Source: an uncultured Candidatus Saccharibacteria bacterium
Lineage (GTDB): Bacteria > Patescibacteriota > WWE3 > UBA101185 > UBA10185
NCBI GenBank assembly: GCA_964396025.1
Contig: CAYNBT010000001.1
Location: forward strand, 109,271-173,270
DNA length: 64,000 nt
Reading direction: 5' to 3'
Below are positions 11,214 to 22,402 of the stretch, piece after piece. Below the pieces are notes generated by a model. That model did no database searches. It was not told where the DNA came from and saw only the letters and a program-made list of their open reading frames with translations. The stretch's first letter is position 1. Each line of letters begins with the position of its first letter. A program made the position numbers and the translations under genes.

Positions 11214-12022
11214 TTCAGGCTTTCACCTGTATTTACTCTCATCTGAAGCTCTTTATCAAATGTCCACTTGCGCTTGTTTGAATCGTCATAATACTTTAAA
11301 AAATGCATTCTATAGAACACCGCTATAGTGTCATAAAGCATATCCCTTATTTGCTTGTCCAGAAACAGCGGTCTGTTTTTTTTGAATTTAGAATCTGACG
11401 TAAAATCCAACTCTATCTGAATTGGTGCTTCATATATCCGAGTGTAACCAAGTCTTTGTGCCACTGCCAAAAGCTCAATGTCAAAAGCAAAGGCTTTGAC
11501 CACAAGCCTTGGTAACACGCGTTCTAAAACTTCTCTCCTGTATGCTTTGAGGCCAGCTTGAGTGTCTTTTATCTTTAAACGAAAAAGTAAAAAAACCAGC
11601 AATTGATACCCAAAACTATAGAGACGCCTCATCATAGAATATTTTACCTTTGACGCTGGGTGTCTTTTACTACCAACCATGATATCTGCTTTATACCAAA
11701 TCATATGCTCAAGAAGCATAGATATGCCGTTAGCATCAATCTCCATACCAGAATCTATGAAAAGTATAGGATCACCTTTTGCCCTAGCCATGCCATACCT
11801 AACCGCGTAACCTTTACCTCTGTTTCTTTTGTAACCAACTACAGTAACTTCTTTATCTTTTATTTCTGAAGCCTTCTCAAAGGTTTTATCTAAGAAACCA
11901 TCTACAACTACAATGATTTCAAAGTACCAACGTGTACTCCTCATAATTTCAAGAATATTTTTTACATCAATCTTGATCGTAGATTCTTTTTTATATGCCG
12001 GTATTATTACTGTAACGAACAT
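11210..12022 (-). CDS. GT2, polyprenol-phosphate hexosyltransferase-like
   Basis: NRGKGYAV, GSKRH, DTQAGLK, FAFDIELL. Confidence 0.85.
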   Translation of the reverse strand: MFVTVIIPAYKKESTIKIDVKNILEIMRSTRWYFEIIVVVDGFLDKTFEKASEIKDKEVTVVGYKRNRGKGYAVRYGMARAKGDPILFIDSGMEIDANGISMLLEHMIWYKADIMVGSKRHPASKVKYSMMRRLYSFGYQLLVFLLFRLKIKDTQAGLKAYRREVLERVLPRLVVKAFAFDIELLAVAQRLGYTRIYEAPIQIELDFTSDSKFKKNRPLFLDKQIRDMLYDTIAVFYRMHFLKYYDDSNKRKWTFDKELQMRVNTGESLK

Positions 12023-13277
12023 GCACCTTATAGTATAGCAGAAGACCTGCGAGCATCAATGTTGAACTAAGAATGTTAACATTTATTACTTGAGTCAAGT
12101 TTCTATGAAATCCGTGAATCAATATCCACTGAAGCAAAATCATAGGCAACATAATCAAAAAAACTTTGGTTTTGTTTATTGCAAGAAAATACAGAATAAA
12201 AAAATTTATTAAAACGTATAAAGAAACAAATATAGCAAAATTGGGTAGAAATGTGCTGGCAGCTATAAATTTATCACCAAACATCACAGATACAATTAAG
12301 TCAGGAAAAAAATAAAAGAGAGTTGTTCCACAGATTAGAAGAAACACTTGTAAAAGCAGAAATTGTTTAAAACGAGCGGTATAGTCTACACCTTTAGCGT
12401 GCAAGGACGCAATTTGAGGGAACATCACAACACCTACTGCACCAGCACCAAAAAGCAAAACTTTACCAATGGTAACTACGCCAGAATACAGACCTGCATC
12501 AACCGGGGTAAAAAAGTGTTTAACTAAAATGATGTCTATATTGTTAAGTAACATCAAACAGGCATTTACAACAAATACCGGGGCACTAAAAACAAACACT
12601 TTCTTTACATAACCACCTAATTCTATTTTTAGGGAATCGTATTGAAAATTCTTTCTTAACAAGAAATAACCAAAGCTGTAGTTTATTAATGTAGAAGCTA
12701 TTATCCCAAAAAACACGCCGGACACACCAAAACCTAAATAAGCAAAATAAATAGGAATTATCAATCTGAGGGAGTTTCCCGTAACGAGAAATATAGCGAA
12801 ACCTTTGTAACGTTGCAATCCTTGAAGATAAGCTTGAGGTACAGTTCCCAACAAAGAAAGTGCAACATACAAACTAAACGCAAATAGGGCTTGCCCAGTA
12901 TCAATTCTCAAGTAGTTAGCTAAACTAGACATCCCTACGATCAGTAACGTAAATAATAAAACACCAATACCAAGAAAAATTTTCGAGAAAGAACTAAAGA
13001 GTGCTCTTAAAAGGTGTCGCTCAGCCTCGTTATTCATATCAGAAACGAGCTTGATTAATGAAGTTAAGAAAACGTTATTTGAAAAACCAACAATGTAGAA
13101 AACAGAAAGTAATGATGTAAATACACCGAATTCTTCAACAGTTAAATATCTTCCTAGAAATATTTGCAACAAATAACTTAGGAAGCTAGCTATAAACAAA
13201 CCAACAGATACCACGATAGTTCCCGAAAGAACATTTGTTACAAAGGATTTAAGGTTACCTAGAGACTGCGTAAACAT
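11991..13277 (-). CDS. Wzx-like oligosaccharide flippase
   Basis: ~12 TM, QIFLGRYL, NIDIILVKHF...AGLY. Confidence 0.85.
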   Translation of the reverse strand: MFTQSLGNLKSFVTNVLSGTIVVSVGLFIASFLSYLLQIFLGRYLTVEEFGVFTSLLSVFYIVGFSNNVFLTSLIKLVSDMNNEAERHLLRALFSSFSKIFLGIGVLLFTLLIVGMSSLANYLRIDTGQALFAFSLYVALSLLGTVPQAYLQGLQRYKGFAIFLVTGNSLRLIIPIYFAYLGFGVSGVFFGIIASTLINYSFGYFLLRKNFQYDSLKIELGGYVKKVFVFSAPVFVVNACLMLLNNIDIILVKHFFTPVDAGLYSGVVTIGKVLLFGAGAVGVVMFPQIASLHAKGVDYTARFKQFLLLQVFLLICGTTLFYFFPDLIVSVMFGDKFIAASTFLPNFAIFVSLYVLINFFILYFLAINKTKVFLIMLPMILLQWILIHGFHRNLTQVINVNILSSTLMLAGLLLYYKVHVRYSNNTGI

Positions 13278-14886
13278 TGTATGAAGGCACTCCTCTAATC
13301 TTGATACTATCAAAATATTTTAACTTAAAACGAGTCTCTAAAGACGAGTAATCATCCCACACAGGATACACAAAGTAATTGGCAAGCTTAGCTTCTGGTG
13401 TAAGGTCTTCTATAACCGCCCAAGCACCAATTTCTCGAATAAATGGCCATAATTGTGTGTAGTATTTCTCAGGGAAGGCAATCACTAGATTAAGATGTTC
13501 CTCAGTGATTGTTGAAATTTCCTCTTCATTAGTAAAAGGAGTATATCTACCCGATTTAATCATTTGAACAAAGTAATCACTAATCTCTTGCTGACCAAAT
13601 AGCCATTTCGACTCCAAAATACGCTGCCCTACTTTTAATCCACCAAAAACAGGATTAAAGTACGAAAAATAGTCAGTGTTGATAAAATACCCCAAGTAGA
13701 AAACCCAAATCAAGACTGAACCAGCAAGGAACTTTGTGATTAAATGTTTTCGTAAATGCAGGAGCATCTGTTCAAACACTGCTGCACAGGAAAAAAGAAT
13801 AAACACAATTGTAGGCAACATATACCTATCAAGTTTTTTGGAACTGAGGGAAATCTCAATCAGATTTATCAGGGCAAAGGCTAACGCAAAGAGCACCAAA
13901 TTCTTCTTGGCACCAGTTAAGGGATGTTTTCTCAAAACAAAATATCCTAATACGATACCAAGAAGTAAGATTGGAGATGATTTCAAAATAAAAACAACCG
14001 GATAAAACGCTAGCCCGGGATCCTCAAGCATTCTGCCAAAAAATATTTGCTCATGCCCTCTTTCCACACCAATCGTAAATATGCCTCTATAAATAGCGTT
14101 AAGAGCATCTAAGGGAATTACCCACATTGCAGGCCAAAATATTATGTACATACACACTACTGCACATAACCACCAACTAAAGGTTCTAAAGGAATCTAGA
14201 ATGCTCTTCTTTATGTCTTTTGTTGAACTATATTTATCAAAAAAGAGCACTAACCCCACCAAAGGAAGCAAAGACAATGCAGAAGATTTTGTAAGTATAG
14301 CTAATGAAGAAAATAGAGCTGAAACAAATAAAAATCTTTTCTCCTTGTCTCTATTGAGACCATACACGAGCCAAGTAAATCCTGCCAACATAAATGTAGT
14401 CATTAACCCCTCCAAATGATAAACACGAGTTAGTGCAAGGTAGAAAGGCTCTAGAGAGAGCAGCAGAACAAAAATGGCAGCATATAATAATCCAAAAAGT
14501 CTTCGTAAGGGGTAGTAGATAAACATTATTGAAATTCCCATCACAAACACAACAAGCAATTTTTGTACAAAATCCATTTGAAAAATTGCAGCAATGTCAT
14601 TGTCAGGGGGAGTTTTGCCAAGTACCAATTCGTAGTAGCCATTAAAGAGCTTGATAGCAAAAGTGCCTGTCCACATCAAAGGCACACCTGGATGATACTT
14701 CTGTAATGTTTTTTCAGGCTGCAGATAAAAAACACCGCTACTAAAATCGTAAGTACGTGATTTCCATTTCCATACATCTGTGTTGAAATTATCGTGCCCA
14801 AGATTAGGTAATCTTGAGAACACAAAGAACACCAACACGACTAAAAGTTCTGCAAGGATTTTACGGTTTTGAGTTAAGAATTTCAT
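13255..14886 (-). CDS. GT-C glycosyltransferase (PMT_2/ArnT-like)
   Basis: Many TM segments, YHPGV, LTK, KKLDRYMLP. Confidence 0.8.
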   Translation of the reverse strand: MKFLTQNRKILAELLVVLVFFVFSRLPNLGHDNFNTDVWKWKSRTYDFSSGVFYLQPEKTLQKYHPGVPLMWTGTFAIKLFNGYYELVLGKTPPDNDIAAIFQMDFVQKLLVVFVMGISIMFIYYPLRRLFGLLYAAIFVLLLSLEPFYLALTRVYHLEGLMTTFMLAGFTWLVYGLNRDKEKRFLFVSALFSSLAILTKSSALSLLPLVGLVLFFDKYSSTKDIKKSILDSFRTFSWWLCAVVCMYIIFWPAMWVIPLDALNAIYRGIFTIGVERGHEQIFFGRMLEDPGLAFYPVVFILKSSPILLLGIVLGYFVLRKHPLTGAKKNLVLFALAFALINLIEISLSSKKLDRYMLPTIVFILFSCAAVFEQMLLHLRKHLITKFLAGSVLIWVFYLGYFINTDYFSYFNPVFGGLKVGQRILESKWLFGQQEISDYFVQMIKSGRYTPFTNEEEISTITEEHLNLVIAFPEKYYTQLWPFIREIGAWAVIEDLTPEAKLANYFVYPVWDDYSSLETRFKLKYFDSIKIRGVPSYNVYAVSR

Positions 14887-16378
14887 ATACCTTTATGTTA
14901 GGTCCTTTACGCCTACTGTTATCGAAAGATACTCTTTCTGTTACTTTCTTTTCCACCAACCCTAAATACTCCTGTTCTTCGCGCTGTGAATAACTAATGA
15001 TCGCATATTTAGCGTCTTTCAAATAGGGTAAAAGTTTTGAATATCTTGTTGAGTTATCGTCATAACGAAGTTTTGTAAATATCGGGTTCAAATCTCTGCT
15101 CTCATACAATATAAGGTCATTCGAAGAAGTGTTCTCTAAAAGCCAGTTATAGAGTTGAAGGCGTGTATCTGTACGAGCAAAGATCGCCGAACGCTCAAAC
15201 GAAGAAAAAAGCGGTAACGCTAGTAACAAGACAAACAACAAAAATTGAGCTCTAACGTCACTAAGTCTTCTGGTCAAATGGTGATATGAATAGGTCGCAA
15301 ATATAATCATATAAGGGTATGCAACCATATAATAATGGGACCTGTTTTTAGAAAAACCCGAGATGTAAAACACCAGGAACATAACAACCCCAAGGGCAAA
15401 GGCTGCAAACCATCGGTCTTTGAGCTGAACCAACCTTAACAAACCTGCAAGTAAGAAAAGTGCTGAAAGCAAGGAAAGTAGCATAACCACTATACCTAAG
15501 TCTTCTACAAACATTTGTGAAAACGTAGTTGCGAAGTTTCGCAATCTCGTAACAAAATCCACGCTTCCAACATTTGTGAATTGCCATAAGGCACCCTTTG
15601 GAGAATCAGTTCTAACAAAAGTATCGTAGTCAAAAAGTGCGAACGGTGTACCCAACAAAAATCCTGCAATACTAGCAAGACCTGAATAAACCAGGTTTTT
15701 AGCATTGAACAAGTACTGCTTAAGATCAAGTCTTTCTCTAAGCAGATAAGCAAAGAGAATTGGTATACAAACTAATCCACCATTGTACTTAGTGCTAGCT
15801 GCAAAACCAACAAACAGTCCAGCTAACAAATAATCAGATCTTTTGTTATGCACAAAGATACGAAACACGTAATACATAGAACATGCTACCCAGAAGGTCA
15901 TAGGCACATCTATAAGTACGTAGTGCGACTGCCATACATGGAATGGTATGAGTGCAAAAAGCGCCGCTGCAAATAGAGCTGATCGTCTTGAAAAGAATAA
16001 TTTTACTGTCATGTACACAGGCACTATTGTTGCAGAACCTATAAATACAGTAAGTACTCGCGAGATTAGATAAAAGATCAAATTGTCATCCCATACAATG
16101 GGCACAATGCTTGCAACTGCGTCCTTCAAACTAAACAATTCTAAAATCCCCCTAAACTTGATAAACAGAAGATAGAACATGTAGTTGAGATAGATAAAAT
16201 GGTGAGGCCAATCAAAATGAGCAGGATTTAAATCAAAACGTAATGCCAAAGCAGATCTAACAACAGTAGGTTCATCAGGATGGAATATAAAAGGAAAACC
16301 GTGAAATATCCCGTAAAGCCTGATAATTAAAGCACCTATAAAAATAAATATTAATGTTTTATCTAGTTTCCTTAGCAT
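14861..16378 (-). CDS. GT-C glycosyltransferase (PMT_2/GT39-like)
   Basis: HPDE motif after TM1, STKY, many TM segments. Confidence 0.82.
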   Translation of the reverse strand: MLRKLDKTLIFIFIGALIIRLYGIFHGFPFIFHPDEPTVVRSALALRFDLNPAHFDWPHHFIYLNYMFYLLFIKFRGILELFSLKDAVASIVPIVWDDNLIFYLISRVLTVFIGSATIVPVYMTVKLFFSRRSALFAAALFALIPFHVWQSHYVLIDVPMTFWVACSMYYVFRIFVHNKRSDYLLAGLFVGFAASTKYNGGLVCIPILFAYLLRERLDLKQYLFNAKNLVYSGLASIAGFLLGTPFALFDYDTFVRTDSPKGALWQFTNVGSVDFVTRLRNFATTFSQMFVEDLGIVVMLLSLLSALFLLAGLLRLVQLKDRWFAAFALGVVMFLVFYISGFSKNRSHYYMVAYPYMIIFATYSYHHLTRRLSDVRAQFLLFVLLLALPLFSSFERSAIFARTDTRLQLYNWLLENTSSNDLILYESRDLNPIFTKLRYDDNSTRYSKLLPYLKDAKYAIISYSQREEQEYLGLVEKKVTERVSFDNSRRKGPNIKVYEILNSKP

Positions 16379-17912
16379 AGATTCTCCAGTACTCCAACCC
16401 GTTTATATATACACTTGAACTTTCTCTAAACTTGTCTTCGCTTTCTAACACTTTATCTGGAAACACTTCATTGATAGCCAGCACAATCAGATCATAGCGC
16501 TTTGTACCATCGACTCGTATATCAAACACTTTTGAATTGGGATAGATTGATTCAATAGGTTTAGTATCTATAAAGCCAAGATTTGGTTTACCATATTTCG
16601 AAACCAAGTGATCTCGCAGTTCAACAACACCTATACCGAACGGTTTTTGTCCAATAACTCTGTTTGCATTAACAGAATTACCAAGTAGTGGCGTGGTGTA
16701 TGTAAAGTAATATGGATACAAGCTAATCAAAGGCGCAACCAAGAAGATTATCGCGGAGAGATAAACCAAGATTTTTGATCGCAATCCAAAATGCATAACT
16801 CTTTGATAACCTAACATAGCCAGTAATGTTAGGTACGGAAACACTGGCAGCATGTAACGATCAAGTTTCTTTGAAGATATTGTCATGACAACTACGTATC
16901 CAATGTAGAAAACTGCTAGAAAAACCAACTGAGAGTCAATTGATTCAAGAACGTTGAATCTTCTCGCGCTTTTCAATTTGCCAGCAACATAGGCCAGCAG
17001 GCCAAATAATACAAAAGGCGATGCCTTGACAAAAATCACAATTGGGTAGAAAAACACCCCTGGGTCTTCTGTGTAATTACCAAAGAAAATTTGATTATGT
17101 CCATTTCTCAAACCTACCCTACTACCCTCGCTAAAGATTTCGGTCAAATAAAACCATGGACGTACCCACAATGCGGGAAAAAATGCAAACAAAGTTACAC
17201 AAAAAAAGATACATATCACCAAAATACTCTTGAATAAAAATTTTCTGTCAGAAGATGCGGGTATGCTCATATAGATTATGTAGAAAAGGCCATACACGAG
17301 TGCCCCAATGCCAATGCTTTTTGTAAGAAATGTAAGTGCAAGCAATACCCCTGCACACAACACATACCATATCTTAGCGTTCACAATTCCTCGATGCAGG
17401 GTGATTAGAGCTAGAAATAAAAAGAGTGTAAATAATACATCCATATGAAAAAGTCTAGAATTACCGAGAAAGAAAGGTTCCAAACTTAACACGGAGGCAA
17501 ATAAAAGCGCAAACTTGAGCCCCCAAGACAAACTTAGCACATACAAAATTGCTAAAGTAAGTGCCAACTGTGCAAAAACCAGACCAACTTTGGCCACATA
17601 ATCAAAAATAAGAAAGTTGCCTATATTATAAAATTGGTCTGCGGGAGATATTTGTTTAACAAACTCTACTGTTGGCCCAGCAATCCACATCAAAGTAATT
17701 CCCGGATGGTAATGTTGATAAGTTTTCTCAAAATCACCTGACTTGATTCCGACTATAAATTGTTCAGACCTCTTGTGCCAATTTACACCGTCAGGATTTA
17801 TGGTGTCTCCATATAAACCAGTTACACGTGTAGCAAGATAGCCTAAGCTAAACAAAACAAGTAGGAATATCCTTTTCTTAGAAAAATTTTTAATCAGATT
17901 TGGTACCAGCAT
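16359..17912 (-). CDS. GT-C glycosyltransferase (PMT_2/ArnT-like), paralogue of 13255-14886
   Basis: NPDG, YHPGI, LTKS, KKLDRYMLP; true start may be slightly downstream. Confidence 0.8.
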   Translation of the reverse strand: MLVPNLIKNFSKKRIFLLVLFSLGYLATRVTGLYGDTINPDGVNWHKRSEQFIVGIKSGDFEKTYQHYHPGITLMWIAGPTVEFVKQISPADQFYNIGNFLIFDYVAKVGLVFAQLALTLAILYVLSLSWGLKFALLFASVLSLEPFFLGNSRLFHMDVLFTLFLFLALITLHRGIVNAKIWYVLCAGVLLALTFLTKSIGIGALVYGLFYIIYMSIPASSDRKFLFKSILVICIFFCVTLFAFFPALWVRPWFYLTEIFSEGSRVGLRNGHNQIFFGNYTEDPGVFFYPIVIFVKASPFVLFGLLAYVAGKLKSARRFNVLESIDSQLVFLAVFYIGYVVVMTISSKKLDRYMLPVFPYLTLLAMLGYQRVMHFGLRSKILVYLSAIIFLVAPLISLYPYYFTYTTPLLGNSVNANRVIGQKPFGIGVVELRDHLVSKYGKPNLGFIDTKPIESIYPNSKVFDIRVDGTKRYDLIVLAINEVFPDKVLESEDKFRESSSVYINGLEYWRIYAKETR

Positions 17913-18825
17913 AAAGCACTCCCCCGATCAAACTTACAACTAAACGCATTAAGTGATAGATAAGCGATCCGGTAAGAGCAACAGAAGATGTTACGCCTAC
18001 AACTGACAGGAGCTGAATGTATAAAGCGTCCTGCACACCTAATCCATTTAAGGATGGTATAAAAAAGCTAGCTAAGGTTATAACAGGGAAAACAAAAAGG
18101 GCATGAAATAATGGCAGCGTATACCCCAATGCTAAAAATATAAAATATTGCGTTGAAACAGAGAGAAGCTGCACAATAAACGAAGTTAGAAGTGCCATGA
18201 GTACTACATTGTAGTTGTTTTTGTACTCCAAAAATGAGTCGTAAAGGGCACCGATTCTGGAAACTTTATTTCTTAACAGATACATTGCATAAAACCCACT
18301 AAAAGCCGCAATCCAAAATCCAAAGATCAAAAGAAAATAATATAAAACTACAAAGAACGGACTTTCCTTATACATTTGCGGTATGAAATCCCACCAAAAA
18401 GAATTTGTTTTGATAAAGCCAAGGTACGAAATCAACACCAAGGAAACCATACCAGTGAATCTTTCCATAAATGTTGCAGTAAACGCATGAGTTTTACTAC
18501 CAATCTTGCCACCAAGTGCCACAATCTTGTAAACATCTCCACCGATGCTTGTTGGCATAAAATTATTGAAAAACGATCCCACAAAATAAAGCTTTGTAAG
18601 ATAGCGCAAAGAAATTTGGGCAGATCCCTCAAATATCAATAAGTTCTTCCATCTCAAAGACGAAACTACATAATTCAAAATCAGAAAAATAAGGATAAAA
18701 GGTATATACGCCGGGTTCAGTTTAGAAACGCCCAGCAGAATTTGTTTTGAATCTATTGAACTGAATATGTAGTAAAACAGCCCACACGTAACAATTAAAC
18801 GTACAACAAGTTTTTTGTACTTCAT
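17890..18825 (-). CDS. Lysylphosphatidylglycerol-synthase TM-domain (flippase-like) protein
   Basis: LRW, FFNNFMPTSIGGD, ER, P..NGLGVQD motifs. Confidence 0.85.
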   Translation of the reverse strand: MKYKKLVVRLIVTCGLFYYIFSSIDSKQILLGVSKLNPAYIPFILIFLILNYVVSSLRWKNLLIFEGSAQISLRYLTKLYFVGSFFNNFMPTSIGGDVYKIVALGGKIGSKTHAFTATFMERFTGMVSLVLISYLGFIKTNSFWWDFIPQMYKESPFFVVLYYFLLIFGFWIAAFSGFYAMYLLRNKVSRIGALYDSFLEYKNNYNVVLMALLTSFIVQLLSVSTQYFIFLALGYTLPLFHALFVFPVITLASFFIPSLNGLGVQDALYIQLLSVVGVTSSVALTGSLIYHLMRLVVSLIGGVLYAGTKSD

Positions 18826-20285
18826 ACTGTGCCCTTCATCAACCTGATTTTTTGAGTTATGTATCTAATGTGGGCACTGGTCACAAAATCTGCCGCATAC
18901 AAACTAAGAAAGTACAGCATGCAGTACACAACAAAAACGAAGAATTTGATTAAAATGTTCTCAATGCCTCCAGAAAAGGCAATGACGAGGGATTGAATTA
19001 AAATCAAAACATGAGAGAGTCTAAAGAACTTTAGTTCCAGTTTTCGCGCAGAAGTTACGACCATAAAGACAAATGCAGACAAAGATCCCACACACATACC
19101 AAGTGCCATTGAAAATACGGATGTGAATGTGAGATTTGCTAGATAGTAAGTTATCAAAGTGATAGCAACCAAACCTACGTAACTAAGAATCATCTCTTTA
19201 ATCATCTTTGCAGGCACAATAACGCTAGACTTGATAATGTTAATGAAGGAGTAAAAGACAAAAGCAAAAACCATAGGCAAAACCAAAGGCAGAGATTGAT
19301 TGTACTTAGTACTCCCAACGGCAATCGCAACAATCTCAGGTACCCAGTATACTGCGGATGAAGCAGCCAAAACTATAAAAGCAAACACCTTATCAAAGTT
19401 ACTTCTGAACAAGCGTTTGAATTCGCTTACATCTTTAGTGTACTGTTTAGATAATGCAGGCAAGTTCACATCGGTGACCGCATCAGAGATAGCCATGAGT
19501 TTTGTTGCATAAAATAATGCAAAACTAAAAATTCCCACAGTTGTAACATCGACGCTGCCCAGAACTAACTGACCTACACGTTGCCAAAGTGTAAATATCA
19601 CCTTAACTAGGTAAATACCCAAACTGATAGACAAAAGTTCTTTTACTAAAACCTTCAATTCATTTCTGGAAGGAAACTGCATGTGCCCACGCAGTGGAAA
19701 CAGGGCAATCCCTGCGAGCAAGACGGAGGCTAAAGAATTGAATACTAAAAGTGCCAAAAAGTATCCGTCAACGCGATAAAAATAAACAAGTGGTATATAC
19801 AAACCAACGCTCACAACAGAAATTGCAGCCTGATAGACAAACAAATGTTTAAATCTCTGCATACCAGAGATTACGGAGTTTAGAATACTCTGTATTCCCT
19901 GAAAAAGGAGAACCACAGCATATAACCTAAGCGGAAGTATAAGTTCGGGCTGGGAATACTTGCTTAAGGCAATATAGGGGGCTAACAACAACAGCCCCAC
20001 AGCGAGAGGGATAGTAACGCAGTATCTAATTAAAACTGATGTACAAAAAATCTTAAAGATTTCTTGTTCATCTTTAGCGGCCGAAATTTCACGAGTACTG
20101 CCTGAGGCAAGCCCCAAATGCTGCGATACTCCTACAATACTTCCAACCGCAGCCACAATACCTACCAAACCATATTCACTAACTGATAAGATACGTACTA
20201 CAAAAATACCCTGAATAATTCCAAACCCCATGGCAATACCACGGGAAAGGAAACTTACGAGTTGCCATCTAATTAAGTCTTTCAT
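18822..20285 (-). CDS. Wzx/MOP-family polysaccharide flippase
   Basis: ~14 TM, VRILSVSEYGL, LGLASGSTREIS. Confidence 0.82.
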   Translation of the reverse strand: MKDLIRWQLVSFLSRGIAMGFGIIQGIFVVRILSVSEYGLVGIVAAVGSIVGVSQHLGLASGSTREISAAKDEQEIFKIFCTSVLIRYCVTIPLAVGLLLLAPYIALSKYSQPELILPLRLYAVVLLFQGIQSILNSVISGMQRFKHLFVYQAAISVVSVGLYIPLVYFYRVDGYFLALLVFNSLASVLLAGIALFPLRGHMQFPSRNELKVLVKELLSISLGIYLVKVIFTLWQRVGQLVLGSVDVTTVGIFSFALFYATKLMAISDAVTDVNLPALSKQYTKDVSEFKRLFRSNFDKVFAFIVLAASSAVYWVPEIVAIAVGSTKYNQSLPLVLPMVFAFVFYSFINIIKSSVIVPAKMIKEMILSYVGLVAITLITYYLANLTFTSVFSMALGMCVGSLSAFVFMVVTSARKLELKFFRLSHVLILIQSLVIAFSGGIENILIKFFVFVVYCMLYFLSLYAADFVTSAHIRYITQKIRLMKGTV

Positions 20286-22402
20286 TGAACTAGCACATTG
20301 CCCAAGTAAATACTTCGTGTCCTAATACGATTAGACATGCCAACAAAGTACCTGTATTCACCTGGATCAAGTCTTTGAGGAAGAGCTAGCTCTATATTCT
20401 CAATGTAATATCTGCCTTCTACCCAATCTTTTGGCTCCAAGATACCAAAGGATGGCAAATTCGCAACTTGATAAACTTCAGCGGTTTCCTCATTAACAAA
20501 CGTCATAAAGAGAAAATAGTCATCCAGTGCGTCATCATTAATCTTTGTGTAGACTATTTGCGCCGGAGTATTCACACCACGGCTGAGCTCTTTAGGAAAA
20601 TCGTATTCTACAATATTTAAGCCCTGAAACATTTCCATGGAAGTAGTTTTTGGATAAACAAAGCGCTCCTGCAAGGGCAGTAATTGGCTTTTATTATGTG
20701 GCCCAATATTTTTGAATACAAACAAGTTTCCGCAAGCCAAAGAAAGTTGATAATCTTCGCTCTTTATCATCCTTCCAACAACGTCGTTCACAAGAGCACG
20801 ATCTATATCCAGTATTCTTAATACCTTCTGAGAAAAAACATCGACAATCACATAGTCCGCCTGATCATATAGCGCCGGGAAAATAGCATATGTTTCCCGC
20901 ATCGAAAGATGTGCACCCAAGTAATCGGGACCACTTATAGATGCTTCGTCGGGCATAGTATCAACAATCTTCCTTGCACATTCCAAATCCTTATTTTCAA
21001 GAGGGGAGAGTTTAAGAACATCGCCAACTACTAAATCCTCTGAGCGTGAGATTGAAGGTTCGCTTTTTGCAAAGGCTACCAATGCAGGAATTCTTTTTTG
21101 CACAGCTTGAATAAACCACATGTATACGGGATTTTGATAGTGATATGAAGTACTCATACAGCTAATCAAAATGTATACAGATAAGAAAACTACCGTGTGT
21201 TGTGTTTTAAGTCTGAAATGCTTGTTTAAAGTCTTAGAAAGTCCGTATATACCATAGATAGAAGCAATAAATAAAACAGGAATTATCATAGAGATCCTAT
21301 GGTTGTATATTTCGGAAGTACCGATACCATCTTGGGAGGTTGCATAGTTTATCAACAAATCCGGGAATGAAACTACAAACAATGGCAGATATGCCACAGG
21401 CATATAACCTAAAGGCTCTAGAGTCATAGTAAGATTCTCTAACTTGTCCCCACCAAAAAGCACATCAACTAACATGTTAGGATTTAAAAGCATGTTTCCG
21501 GCTATTTCTAAATAGGAATCGCCAAAAACCTCATATCTTGTTAAAAAGTAATTTGGTTTAACTACGTTGTTGGTAACAGAAGAATCGATACTTAGACTTT
21601 TGGCAAACTGCTCATAGCCTTCGATTCTATGGTGGGCATTTGCCGGAATGATAACAAAGAAGGCTATCATGAACCATATCGAACCAACTAAAATCATACT
21701 CAATCCAAGCTTCAATTTCTCTCTATACACAGCAACGAAAAAACCCAATACTACTGTATAAAGTGAAAGCTGTTCCTTTCCCATCATTGTTAACGTAAGA
21801 AATATCCAAAAGCAAACTAGGCGCCACTTGCTGTAATTCGCTTCAAAGTGCATTTTTTCAAGTAAGTAAAAAGCCGCGAGAAAAAAAGGTATAACGGCAG
21901 AAACTCCGTGAAAACCGGTCCAGGCTAAAATAAAACCTAAAGCTGGGTAAAATAAAAACGCTAAGCCAAAGAACATAGCCCCCAACTTACTTCCAAGTCG
22001 CTGTAAAGCAATAAGGTAGATAATGCTTGCTGAGGATAAAATCAACACAAGTTGCGAAATCACAAGCATCAAAGGGGACGGAAATATATAAAAAAGCGGG
22101 ACAAACAACAATAGTATTGGATCGACGTGACTCATTGCCCAACGGGGGAGGTTAGTCCCAAAGTAATCAGTCAAATAAAGCATTTTTCCTTTGATAGCTG
22201 TATACCAAACCATTTGAGTCATGTTACCTAAGTCGAACTTGCCATAGTCAAAGTTGTTATATCTAAAAATATTAACTTTAAGCGTTATAAGTAGAATCAA
22301 AAGAGAAAACAGTAAAACAACAACAAAAGGGGTCAACCCAAGCAAAGCAGTAAGTCGAGAATTTTGATTTGATTTTACCTTGTCTATCAATGTATTAAGC
22401 AT
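20282..22402 (-). CDS. DUF2079-like membrane protein (GT-C-like)
   Basis: FDLGNMTQ, SHVDPIL, FH, GKE motifs; soluble C-terminal region. Confidence 0.75.
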   Translation of the reverse strand: MLNTLIDKVKSNQNSRLTALLGLTPFVVVLLFSLLILLITLKVNIFRYNNFDYGKFDLGNMTQMVWYTAIKGKMLYLTDYFGTNLPRWAMSHVDPILLLFVPLFYIFPSPLMLVISQLVLILSSASIIYLIALQRLGSKLGAMFFGLAFLFYPALGFILAWTGFHGVSAVIPFFLAAFYLLEKMHFEANYSKWRLVCFWIFLTLTMMGKEQLSLYTVVLGFFVAVYREKLKLGLSMILVGSIWFMIAFFVIIPANAHHRIEGYEQFAKSLSIDSSVTNNVVKPNYFLTRYEVFGDSYLEIAGNMLLNPNMLVDVLFGGDKLENLTMTLEPLGYMPVAYLPLFVVSFPDLLINYATSQDGIGTSEIYNHRISMIIPVLFIASIYGIYGLSKTLNKHFRLKTQHTVVFLSVYILISCMSTSYHYQNPVYMWFIQAVQKRIPALVAFAKSEPSISRSEDLVVGDVLKLSPLENKDLECARKIVDTMPDEASISGPDYLGAHLSMRETYAIFPALYDQADYVIVDVFSQKVLRILDIDRALVNDVVGRMIKSEDYQLSLACGNLFVFKNIGPHNKSQLLPLQERFVYPKTTSMEMFQGLNIVEYDFPKELSRGVNTPAQIVYTKINDDALDDYFLFMTFVNEETAEVYQVANLPSFGILEPKDWVEGRYYIENIELALPQRLDPGEYRYFVGMSNRIRTRSIYLGNVLVQ

